DNA of 53,799 nt from Vulcanisaeta sp. AZ3 (GCA_000960865.2 JZWU02000008.1:1-53799), one strand, 5' to 3'. Counted from the first letter of the stretch, positions 10,208 through 20,967 are shown. A program made the numbers and translations. The notes: generated from the letters alone by a model not told the origin.

Positions 10208-10777
10208 GTGAGGCCATTCCTCCTTGTAATATCAATAACTCTACCCATAGTTCCATTTATAATACTTTTAGGTATGGGGGATGCATTACTAGGATTGTTC
10301 TTAATTGCTGTGTTATTGATTGTGGGGTTGTTGGGCATTTTAACGAATAATCTGCACTATGAGTCCTGGTTATCTCTAATTCTAACATCAATAATATCAT
10401 TAGTATCCCAAGGCTACATACCATATGTATTTCATATAGCCCTAGCCCAAATAACAAATAAGGCATTATATAATGGCTCAATTGTGCTGCCAGAATACTC
10501 TCTAATAATCTCCTACTTTTATAAATCGTACATGAAGTACACCAGAGAGTTCGGTAAAAAGGGGTTTGATGAGGTGGAGTATAATAAGGAATTGAATGCA
10601 TTAATAACATGGACTACAGCTCTAATCACAGCGGCACTTGTGGTATCGCTAGCGCTGTATTACTTAATTACGAAAATTACGTATACAGTACTCGATCCAT
10701 TTACAGCCCTACTCCTACTCGCCATAACTTACATAATCATACATAGATATATAATGAGTAAAGTGAGGAGTTCATGA
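10208..10777 (+). CDS. membrane protein, last gene of the DUF58 cluster
   Basis: Hydrophobic ORF abutting the DUF58 stop codon. Confidence 0.7.
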   Translation: MRPFLLVISITLPIVPFIILLGMGDALLGLFLIAVLLIVGLLGILTNNLHYESWLSLILTSIISLVSQGYIPYVFHIALAQITNKALYNGSIVLPEYSLIISYFYKSYMKYTREFGKKGFDEVEYNKELNALITWTTALITAALVVSLALYYLITKITYTVLDPFTALLLLAITYIIIHRYIMSKVRSS

Positions 10778-11077
10778 AATATCAAAGAATTCACTAAGGC
10801 ACTCCAAATCGCCATCCTCAGGCTTCCAATAAGCTCTATACCTGCCCTTACTAACTTGCTTACCTTCATTATCTAATTGAAACCAAACTACCACGAGGGA
10901 GGAGCCTGGGCCAATTGTTATCTGGGGAGGTTTAATTGAATAGATAGCTTTACCATTTTCATCTAGGATGCCCCAAGAGCCAATATGTAGATTAGTATTA
11001 CTCATATTCACGAGGGTTATATAAATAGGTTCACCAACAGTAAAGTTCCCTCTATCAATGTAGATAATGCATGGCAT
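10772..11077 (-). CDS. small beta-sandwich (Ig-like, BsuPI-like) protein
   Basis: GEPIYITLVN...TIGPG...W.Q.DNEGKQV..G.Y pattern. Confidence 0.6.
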   Translation of the reverse strand: MPCIIYIDRGNFTVGEPIYITLVNMSNTNLHIGSWGILDENGKAIYSIKPPQITIGPGSSLVVVWFQLDNEGKQVSKGRYRAYWKPEDGDLECLSEFFDIS

Positions 11078-11262
11078 TAAGATAAATGATTAACAATAGG
11101 GACTAAAAATTAACTTCCTTCCTTATTACTAAAGATAGGTTTGCCAGTTATTAATTCGCATGATCCTAATTATTTATACATTACCAAGGACATTGCCCTG
11201 CAGATGGGCCTTTTAGTGGTCTCCCAGGGGTATAATCAGGATTAACAGAACATGACTATATG

Positions 11263-11381
11263 TGGTGCCGGGGCCGGGATTTGAACCCGGGCCCCCTTGC
11301 GGGGACGGGATGTCTTATCGTTAGAACTCGATTCGGGGTGTTCACTGTCCCGCGCCTTGGACCTAGCTCGGCCACCCCGGC
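11263..11381 (-). tRNA. tRNA-Ser(CGA), long variable arm, introns at 32/33 (11332-11346) and 37/38 (11312-11326), CCA encoded
   Basis: GCCGGGG/CCCCGGC acceptor stem, GGTTCAAATCC T-arm, CGGGA/TCCCG anticodon stem. Removing two 15-nt BHB introns leaves loop CT-CGA-GA. Confidence 0.88.
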
Positions 11382-11402
11382 ACTGTTATAATCTATCCTG
11401 TA

Positions 11403-11420
11403 ATTTTAAGTCTTTAGCGC
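11403..11420 (-). promoter_or_regulatory. putative BRE/TATA promoter of tRNA-Ser
   Basis: Minus strand GCGCTAAAGACTTAAAAT, about 25 nt upstream of the tRNA 5' end. Confidence 0.5.
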
Positions 11421-11525
11421 CAACGTTAGTTTTTAGGCATCCTCTATCTTGAATATAACCACCTCACTTACAATGAAATATAAGGAGGAATTTTGCTTAA
11501 ATACTGCACTTGCCAACGCTTTATC

Positions 11526-11542
11526 GAGGAATGCTTATTAAG
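11526..11542 (+). promoter_or_regulatory. putative BRE/TATA upstream of the GC-rich element
   Basis: GAGGAATGC then TTATTAAG at 11535-11542, ending 22 nt before G11564. Confidence 0.5.
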
Positions 11543-11563
11543 TACAGAGTTAATTAATTAGAA

Positions 11564-11634
11564 GGGAGGGTGGGAGACCCGTGAGGCCCATGGGCCTATG
11601 AAATACCCTCCTCCGGAGCGGCCACATCCCTCCT
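11564..11634 (+). ncRNA. candidate structured small RNA or 5' leader, family unassigned
   Basis: GC-rich island in an AT-rich intergenic region; GGAGGGT/ACCCTCC outer stem, GGCCC-AT-GGGCC palindrome, TATA box at normal spacing. Confidence 0.5.
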
Positions 11635-11754
11635 AATCAACAAGGACATTGATTTTCTTGTCGGATTGAGGTGAAGATTATGTGGTATGGCATCGTTAAT
11701 AGTGATTGAGCAGTGAGTAAGGGTTAAAGGGGTCCGTGGTCGATATGGGTCATT

Positions 11755-11988
11755 ATGATGAGCCATAAGATTGGTATTTCGAGGATCAGTGTTAAGTTGA
11801 ATAATGATGCAGTTGTTGCTGTGGTTGGGTTGATAACTACAATAGCCTTATTAGCCTTTATAAGGGCTGTAAGGCCGATTAATTTATCATTACATAGAGA
11901 TATTGCTGGCATAGCCCTATTTTTAATTTCAGCCCTATTCTTTCTGTGGCTTCTCATAACATCAATTAGAGAGAAAAGACCTGGGTAA
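11755..11988 (+). CDS. small two-TM membrane protein, possibly a pseudogene remnant starting at 11680
   Basis: Two hydrophobic helices. In-frame ATG at 11680 has a GAGGTGA SD but is followed by stops at 11707 and 11725. Confidence 0.4.
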   Translation: MMSHKIGISRISVKLNNDAVVAVVGLITTIALLAFIRAVRPINLSLHRDIAGIALFLISALFFLWLLITSIREKRPG

Positions 11989-12250
11989 TCAAAATGATAA
12001 CAAAGTAACGGTAATGGGGTTACACTATTAAACAGAAGCAATATACTTATCATAAGGGCATGTATTTCATCTTAAAAATAATTTTAAACCGTTGTTAGGT
12101 AATGGTAAGGAGTTTAGGTATGCCGTAATGAGATTATTAGGCGGTGAAGAAATGCATTAACTAGAGATAAGGGTTCCTGCCGTTGAGTGCTGAGTCATAT
12201 CAATACGTCGATTACAAACCCTTTTATTAATGTTAATAAATGATTAACCA

Positions 12251-12757
12251 ATGAATGGAGTTATTTTTAGGCCGATTGGTGTAGTTGAGGTCGGCTTCCC
12301 AAGACCTAGTGAGCAGAGCGAGGGAGGTTATCGGAGTAGGTATGAGTTTGTAGGTGTGGTTAGAGTCTTCGATGAATATGTTGATGGACTTCTAGGCTTA
12401 GATGAATATTCACATGTAATGCTTGTTTATGTATTTCATGAAGCCACAGAACGAACACTTAGGGTGAGGTTAAGGGGGAGTAATAGGGAGGTTGGGGTGT
12501 TTGCCACGAGATATCCGGTAAGGCCGAATCCTATTGGGATTTCTGTTCTTGAATTGGTAAGGCTTGAGCCGCCGAGACTTTGGCTTAGGGGTCTTGATGC
12601 TTGGACAGGGACGCCTATACTTGATATAAAGCCTTATGATTACTATGATATTGTTAAAAAGCCTAGGGTACCTTGGGACTTTGAGGAGGAGTGGTTAAGG
12701 AGTTATTATGGGAAGGGTTATGCAAGTCTTGTACCGTGGATGGGCCCATGCGAATAA
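12251..12757 (+). CDS. tsaA: tRNA m6t6A37 methyltransferase TrmO/TsaA family
   Basis: RPIG, GVFATRYPVRPNPIGIS and GLDA..GTPILDIKPY motifs. Confidence 0.92.
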   Translation: MNGVIFRPIGVVEVGFPRPSEQSEGGYRSRYEFVGVVRVFDEYVDGLLGLDEYSHVMLVYVFHEATERTLRVRLRGSNREVGVFATRYPVRPNPIGISVLELVRLEPPRLWLRGLDAWTGTPILDIKPYDYYDIVKKPRVPWDFEEEWLRSYYGKGYASLVPWMGPCE

Positions 12758-12857
12758 ATAATGTACATGTATTCTTAATTCTAGATAATTATAATGTTCT
12801 ATTGTAATATAAAGATTAGAAATCTTTATATTATTCTTAAAACACTACTTAAATGTT

Positions 12858-13154
12858 ATGAGTAGTAATGAAGAGTTCATACCTCATGCTATTTATACGT
12901 GGTTTGGTCTTCTTAAGTCACGGAACTCAATTGTGACAAAGGAGGAGGGGGCAAAATTCAGTCCCTTTGCTAAGGATACTGAAAATCGCCTTAGGGATGC
13001 TCTATCAAGTTTTGGTTGGGTTTACTGTGTGGATTGTAGACAGCCTCTTTTTACTTTAGAGGAGGCTTTGGAGCATAGTAAACGGGGTCATTTATTAACC
13101 AATATGTTTATGCTTGATGAGGTGGCGCCTGAGGAGGTTCCTATGGTTGGTTAA
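12858..13154 (+). CDS. C2H2-type zinc-finger protein
   Basis: C-x2-C-x12-H-x4-H (CVDCRQPLFTLEEALEHSKRGH); CTTTATAT TATA box upstream. Confidence 0.7.
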   Translation: MSSNEEFIPHAIYTWFGLLKSRNSIVTKEEGAKFSPFAKDTENRLRDALSSFGWVYCVDCRQPLFTLEEALEHSKRGHLLTNMFMLDEVAPEEVPMVG

Positions 13155-13219
13155 TCAATTAAAATAATTTACAATCAAACATATTTAAATCATAAGTGCT
13201 TTTCATTTATGGCGTTTAT

Positions 13220-16043
<2,824 letters not shown>

Positions 16044-16114
16044 GTCATGTGTTTACATATCCATTAAAATCATGTGTGTCCGCAATCTTTATATTACCTC
16101 AAGATTGACTATTA

Positions 16115-16882
16115 TTGATGACGCTGTATTATGATTTAGTACCCACAGGCATACCTGGACTTGATGAGGCAATTGGCGGTGGCTTCATTAGGGGTAGGAC
16201 GTACTTAATTAGTGGTGAAACTGGTACTGCGAAAACCTTACTCTCATTATCGTTCCTCATGAATGGTATTTATAAGTATGGCGAGCCTGGTATTTATATA
16301 TCTGTTGATGAGACTTACGAGCAATTGGTTAATGGCATTAGGAGATTTGGTTGGGATTTAGAGGCGCTTAGGGAGCAGGGTTACCTCGAGATTTTGGTAC
16401 CTGAGATGGATATTATTGAGAAGATTAGGGAGAAGGATCCAATAGCAGTTGCTAATTCTCTAGTCTATACGATAAGGGATTATGCTAAGTCTCTGGAGGC
16501 TCAGAGGTTAGTGATAGACCCAATAGCTCCTCTGGTAACTCTTGAGAAGGATGTTCAAGTCCTTCGTGAGTACATTAGAGCTTTAGTTATGGGTATTGAG
16601 AGAGAGGTTGGTGTTACTACGATAATAACTACAGAAATACCCACAGGGGCTAAGGCAATCTCTAGGTACGGTGTTGAGGAGTTCTTAGCGGCGGGTGTCT
16701 TTGTCATGGGACTCGCCCAGACAGCTAGCGGCGATTTTAAGCGTTACTTATTCATTAGGAAGATGAGGTGGCAGGCAGTACAACCAACAATACTTGAGGT
16801 TGAAATTCAACCTAAGGTTGGTGTTGTGGTTAAGGGTACACTTAAGGATATTCACATACCATTTTACGCACTAATGCTCTAA
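16115..16882 (+). CDS. single-domain KaiC/RecA-superfamily ATPase
   Basis: PTGIPGLDE..GGG, Walker A GETGTAKT, RLVID, GVEEF, IRKMR. Confidence 0.9.
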   Translation: MMTLYYDLVPTGIPGLDEAIGGGFIRGRTYLISGETGTAKTLLSLSFLMNGIYKYGEPGIYISVDETYEQLVNGIRRFGWDLEALREQGYLEILVPEMDIIEKIREKDPIAVANSLVYTIRDYAKSLEAQRLVIDPIAPLVTLEKDVQVLREYIRALVMGIEREVGVTTIITTEIPTGAKAISRYGVEEFLAAGVFVMGLAQTASGDFKRYLFIRKMRWQAVQPTILEVEIQPKVGVVVKGTLKDIHIPFYALML

Positions 16883-16883
16883 T

Positions 16884-17954
16884 CTACTTATCACGCTTAC
16901 CCTCGATGAACTCAACGAGCCATTGATAGGCAATCTCCGGTGGAGCATGCACAGGTGGGTTCTTGAAGGCCCAGGCAGATAAACTTATGAGTGGGCCTCC
17001 GATTTCCCTATCCATGGCTAACTTCACAGTCCTCACTATGTCTATCATCATTCCAGCATTATTGAATGGATCATATACCTCAAGGTCAACCCTTATTCTT
17101 ATTGGTAGGTTTGCAAAGCCCCTAGCCTCGATGAGTGCATGAGCTATCTTCCTACTACCTAGGAAGTTTATATAAGCCACTGGTGATATGTATGCATCAA
17201 AATCCTCACCCTCAGCCATCCTCTTAACAGCCTCTGTCTTAGTCTTCTCCTTCTGCCCCTTCCTATACATTAGGTTTAAGAAGTCAGGTGTACCACCAAC
17301 ATTAAGCTGGTACGTCCCCTCTATCTTCAAACCCCTAATAGCTAGGAGTCTAATAAGGGTCTTATGAAGCACAGTAGCCCCAAGCTGATTCTGAACATCA
17401 TCACCGGCTAAGGGTAACCTTGCCTCCTCAAACCTTAATTGCCAATCCCTCGATGTAGCTATTACGGAGGGCATAGCATTAACAAAGGCAACACCACTCC
17501 TCAAGGCAGCCTCGGCATAAGCCTCACCAGCCCTCTGTGCACCTGTGGGTAAGTAATTAATGAGTATGTGGGTATCTGTACTCTCTAACTCTCTAATGGT
17601 ATCCTCAATAGACCCATCAGTAACTGGTATGAATGAACCTCTCAATTGCTCAGCTACACCATCAAATAGTGGACCTGCCCTAACAACAACACCCAACTTA
17701 CCCACATCCACCACCCTAGGTGCATTGTTTGGCGGCGTAAATATTGCCTCCCCGAGATCCTTACCCACCTTACGTGAATCAACATCAAATGCAGCCACAA
17801 CCTTAACATCCCTTGGTTCATAGGGCCCAATGTTCTTGAATGCCAATCCTATAGGCTCTTGTTCTATCTCGCAGTACTTAAGTCCTTGTATGAATGCGGA
17901 TGCTGTGTTACCGACACCTGCTATTGCAACTCTAATGCTTGTTTTCATTGTCAC
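16884..17954 (-). CDS. myo-inositol-1-phosphate synthase
   Basis: GVGNTAS, AAFDVD..KVGKDL, NYLP.G, GDD..QLGAT, QLNVGG..DFLN. Confidence 0.92.
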   Translation of the reverse strand: MTMKTSIRVAIAGVGNTASAFIQGLKYCEIEQEPIGLAFKNIGPYEPRDVKVVAAFDVDSRKVGKDLGEAIFTPPNNAPRVVDVGKLGVVVRAGPLFDGVAEQLRGSFIPVTDGSIEDTIRELESTDTHILINYLPTGAQRAGEAYAEAALRSGVAFVNAMPSVIATSRDWQLRFEEARLPLAGDDVQNQLGATVLHKTLIRLLAIRGLKIEGTYQLNVGGTPDFLNLMYRKGQKEKTKTEAVKRMAEGEDFDAYISPVAYINFLGSRKIAHALIEARGFANLPIRIRVDLEVYDPFNNAGMMIDIVRTVKLAMDREIGGPLISLSAWAFKNPPVHAPPEIAYQWLVEFIEGKRDK

Positions 17955-18001
17955 GTAATATTAACAGCTATTAATAAACATTTCCCAAAGACACTAAGCA
18001 A

Positions 18002-18490
18002 TCACTTACTCTTTAGCACCGCACCTAACACTGCTAGTATAATGCCAGCAATACCCATAACGAAGACGATTGCCATGGAGAACAATAAGGGTGCTAATGA
18101 ACTAAAACTAGCGACACTGTAGGTATAATAAACAGTGACTGGTTCGCTATAGTTGTTAACTAGGGATAATGACCCAACACTACTCACAGGCACGTAGGCA
18201 ACCATATACTGTCCATAAATAAACGCGATCTTTAATCCACCCGGTGCTGTGGTGACAGTCTCCAATGGCTTCTCTAGGGTGTCATTATAGATGATCATTA
18301 AGGTTTCACCACTACTTACATTACTTATATGGATGGATGAGTCTGGCGTTAGTGTTGCTTCACTACGTGCTTTCGTAACTAATGAAGTCACACTTTGCGT
18401 GAAGCTTGTGCTTAGATAAATTCCTAGGAAGAATATAACCACGGCAAGAACGATTAATACGATCCCCACAATTAGTAATCCCTTCCTCAT
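18002..18490 (-). CDS. membrane protein with two TM anchors
   Basis: N- and C-terminal hydrophobic helices around a Ser/Thr-rich loop. Confidence 0.7.
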   Translation of the reverse strand: MRKGLLIVGIVLIVLAVVIFFLGIYLSTSFTQSVTSLVTKARSEATLTPDSSIHISNVSSGETLMIIYNDTLEKPLETVTTAPGGLKIAFIYGQYMVAYVPVSSVGSLSLVNNYSEPVTVYYTYSVASFSSLAPLLFSMAIVFVMGIAGIILAVLGAVLKSK

Positions 18491-18553
18491 TATGTAATGA
18501 GTTAAGACATGAGCTATTTAAAGAATTCTCACTAACTCAGTTAGGGGTTTATC

Positions 18554-19156
18554 ATGTTCGTGGCTATTGAGGGTATTGATGGGTCTGGTAAATCCACAGT
18601 GATTAATAAGTTAATGGTTTTACTTAAGGGACGTGGATTTAAGGTTCATGCGACATCAGAACCAAGTCAATCAATGATTGGTAAGTTAATAAGGGATTGG
18701 CTTCTCAAACCTAACTCCGAGGTTGCTCATCCTTCGGTGTTTGCACTTCTCTTTGTTGCTGATAGGGTTCAGCATTATTACAGTGAGGTCAAGCCCTTGT
18801 TGGACAAGGGTTATGTAGTCATTAGTGAGAGGTATATGGAGTCGACATTAGCCTATCAGGGAGCAATGGGGTTACCTATTGATTGGTTGGTGGAGCTTCA
18901 TAGGTTTGTGCCTAAGCCTGATTTGACTATTGTTTTGGATGTGCCAATTGATGTGGCAGTGGCTAGGTTGAGGAGTAGGCATGAGTTGGAGGTTTTTGAG
19001 GTGGATAGGGAATTCTTGGGTAGGGTTAGGGATTTCCTTTTAGGTAGGGTTCGTGAAAATGGTTATCCCATAATTGATGCTAGTAGGGATGTGGATTCCG
19101 TGGTTCATGATATTCTTGAATTAGTAGTTAGGCACAGGGAGAGGTTGTTTAAATAG
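18554..19156 (+). CDS. tmk: thymidylate kinase
   Basis: EGIDGSGKST, ADR..H, ERY..S.LAYQ, PDL motifs. Confidence 0.95.
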   Translation: MFVAIEGIDGSGKSTVINKLMVLLKGRGFKVHATSEPSQSMIGKLIRDWLLKPNSEVAHPSVFALLFVADRVQHYYSEVKPLLDKGYVVISERYMESTLAYQGAMGLPIDWLVELHRFVPKPDLTIVLDVPIDVAVARLRSRHELEVFEVDREFLGRVRDFLLGRVRENGYPIIDASRDVDSVVHDILELVVRHRERLFK

Positions 19157-19181
19157 GCGTATTGCTGATTACTTCTTAATT

Positions 19182-20165
19182 ATGTCTGTTAGGATGATTG
19201 ACATAACGACGAAGGAGTCACTCTACAGGGAGGCAATTGCCACAGGTTTCCTGAGGGTTGATGAGGAAACTATGGAGGAATTAATGAAAGTAGGAGCCAG
19301 CGGTCTTGGTAATGCCGCCGTTGTGGCTAAGATCACGGCTATAAATGCGACAAAAACTGCCTGGAAATACATACCCCTCCTACATCCAATACCAATATCG
19401 TACATAGAGACTAGGGTGCGTTATGAGAAGGATGGCATTAGAATGGCTGTCCTCGCAAGGACCAAGGCACAGACTGGGGTTGAGATGGACGTTCTCTTCG
19501 GCCTATTCACAGGATTACTGGCTGCTTGGAATACAATTAAGGGTTGTAGTAAAACGTGTACCCCTGAGTGGGTTACTAACTTTAAGGGTGTTAAAGTGCA
19601 GAGTTGTGGTTCAAGCCGTGTCGATGGCATATTTGACATAAGAGTTATTAGTAAGGTGAAGTCGATGGATGGAGTTAGCCCAGGCATTGAGGGCTTTGAT
19701 GACAATACTGGTGGCGCTCCCGTGGTTACTATGTTTGATGTTACAACGGAACCCACGTATTACGGGGAGGCAACAGCTAAAGGCTTCATAAGACTTAGGG
19801 AGGAGACTATAGAGTTGATTAGGCAGGGTAAGGTAGAGAAGGGTGATGTTATTACTGTGGCTAAGACAGCAGCCATATTGGCAACAAAGACAACTTGGGA
19901 GGTGCTTCCCTTGGTTCACCTGAATTATATAACGTATGTTAATGCTGAGGCTAATGTGCTTGAGGATGGGGTTGAGGTTACCGTGGATACTAGGAATGTC
20001 TCAAACACAGGCTCTGCGATGGAGGCTGTTTTTGCCGTGGGCTCTGCATTACTGACCGTATGGGATATGACTAAGAAGTACGAAAAGGACGAACATGGCC
20101 AATACCCAATCACAACTATTAAGGAGATTAGGGTGTTAAAGGCCTTAAAGACACCTGCTGTTTAA
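19182..20165 (+). CDS. moaC: cyclic pyranopterin monophosphate synthase with two tandem MoaC domains
   Basis: Two repeats of MxDxT...A.A.G...KT.W..PL.H...TG..M. Confidence 0.9.
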   Translation: MSVRMIDITTKESLYREAIATGFLRVDEETMEELMKVGASGLGNAAVVAKITAINATKTAWKYIPLLHPIPISYIETRVRYEKDGIRMAVLARTKAQTGVEMDVLFGLFTGLLAAWNTIKGCSKTCTPEWVTNFKGVKVQSCGSSRVDGIFDIRVISKVKSMDGVSPGIEGFDDNTGGAPVVTMFDVTTEPTYYGEATAKGFIRLREETIELIRQGKVEKGDVITVAKTAAILATKTTWEVLPLVHLNYITYVNAEANVLEDGVEVTVDTRNVSNTGSAMEAVFAVGSALLTVWDMTKKYEKDEHGQYPITTIKEIRVLKALKTPAV

Positions 20166-20166
20166 G

Positions 20167-20859
20167 CTACGTATATACCTCCTTTATCACCTTCTCCACC
20201 TCTTCAATATCCTTAACAGTATCAACAGACTTCCAATAAACATCCCTAAAAATCACACCCTTAATCCTCCTATTACTTGCTAACTCGGGAAACACTGTAA
20301 CTTCAATATCTCCCTTGTTAGGTAAGTAATTAATAATGTCCTTCTTAAAGGCATAGACACCGGCATTAATTAAGTAATCTAGAACAGGCTTCTCCCTGAA
20401 TTCCGCTATGAATCCATCATTACTTACATGAACAATCCCGTATGGGCTCCTCATCGGGACTAGGGCTATTGTGGCCGCCACATCATCGCTCAACCCCTCT
20501 ATTAAGGGCCTTATTGATAAGTTAGTTATTACATCGCCATTGAGAATCACAAACACATCATCCTCAAGAAACTTCGCAGCGTTCTTAATAGCCCCAGCGG
20601 TACCGAGAGGCTCCTCCTCAACACTATAGAACAGCCTAACGCCGAATTTAGAGCCATCACCCATAACCTCAAACACCTTAGTTCTAAGGTAACCCACAGC
20701 AAGCACAATATCGCTCACACCCTGCTTAGCAAGCCACTCAATCTGCCATTGAAGTATTGGCTTACCGCCAACCTCAATAAGAGGCTTCGGCCTATCCAAC
20801 GTTAATGGAGCAAGGCGTTTACCAAAGCCACCGGCGAGTATTAATGCCTTAACCATCAC
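20167..20859 (-). CDS. sugar-phosphate nucleotidyltransferase
   Basis: LAGGFGKRL.PLT...PKPL, EEEPLGTAG, NGD, INAGVY. Confidence 0.93.
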   Translation of the reverse strand: MMVKALILAGGFGKRLAPLTLDRPKPLIEVGGKPILQWQIEWLAKQGVSDIVLAVGYLRTKVFEVMGDGSKFGVRLFYSVEEEPLGTAGAIKNAAKFLEDDVFVILNGDVITNLSIRPLIEGLSDDVAATIALVPMRSPYGIVHVSNDGFIAEFREKPVLDYLINAGVYAFKKDIINYLPNKGDIEVTVFPELASNRRIKGVIFRDVYWKSVDTVKDIEEVEKVIKEVYT

Positions 20860-20967
20860 TTTATCTACCCCTTTAAGGGCAATTAAGCTTTAACTATCGA
20901 TGCTCCGTTTGCTGAGTTTCCATAAACCTAAATTAATAAAAAATAACTAAAACTCCACATAATCAAT

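Noticed and set aside
11312-11346. Reading the tRNA as Leu(TAA) or Met
   Set aside because: No intron placement yields a 7-nt loop with TAA or CAT and a valid BHB; the two-intron CGA solution does.
11161-11634. H/ACA RNA, type-T RNase P RNA or fluoride riboswitch calls for the structured elements
   Set aside because: ACA triplets exist (11245, 11623) but pocket and K-turn geometry do not fit, and no RNase P CR-I/CR-V pair or crcB consensus was found.
11185-11651. 11-bp direct repeat CAAGGACATTG (11185-11195 and 11641-11651) as att sites or target duplication
   Set aside because: Short enough to arise by chance, not derived from the tRNA, and no integrase or transposase nearby.
12144-12193. 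Box C/D-like spacing GTGAAGA...CTGA
   Set aside because: No convincing D'/C' boxes or target, and the stretch reads like decayed coding sequence; not excluded without RNA data.
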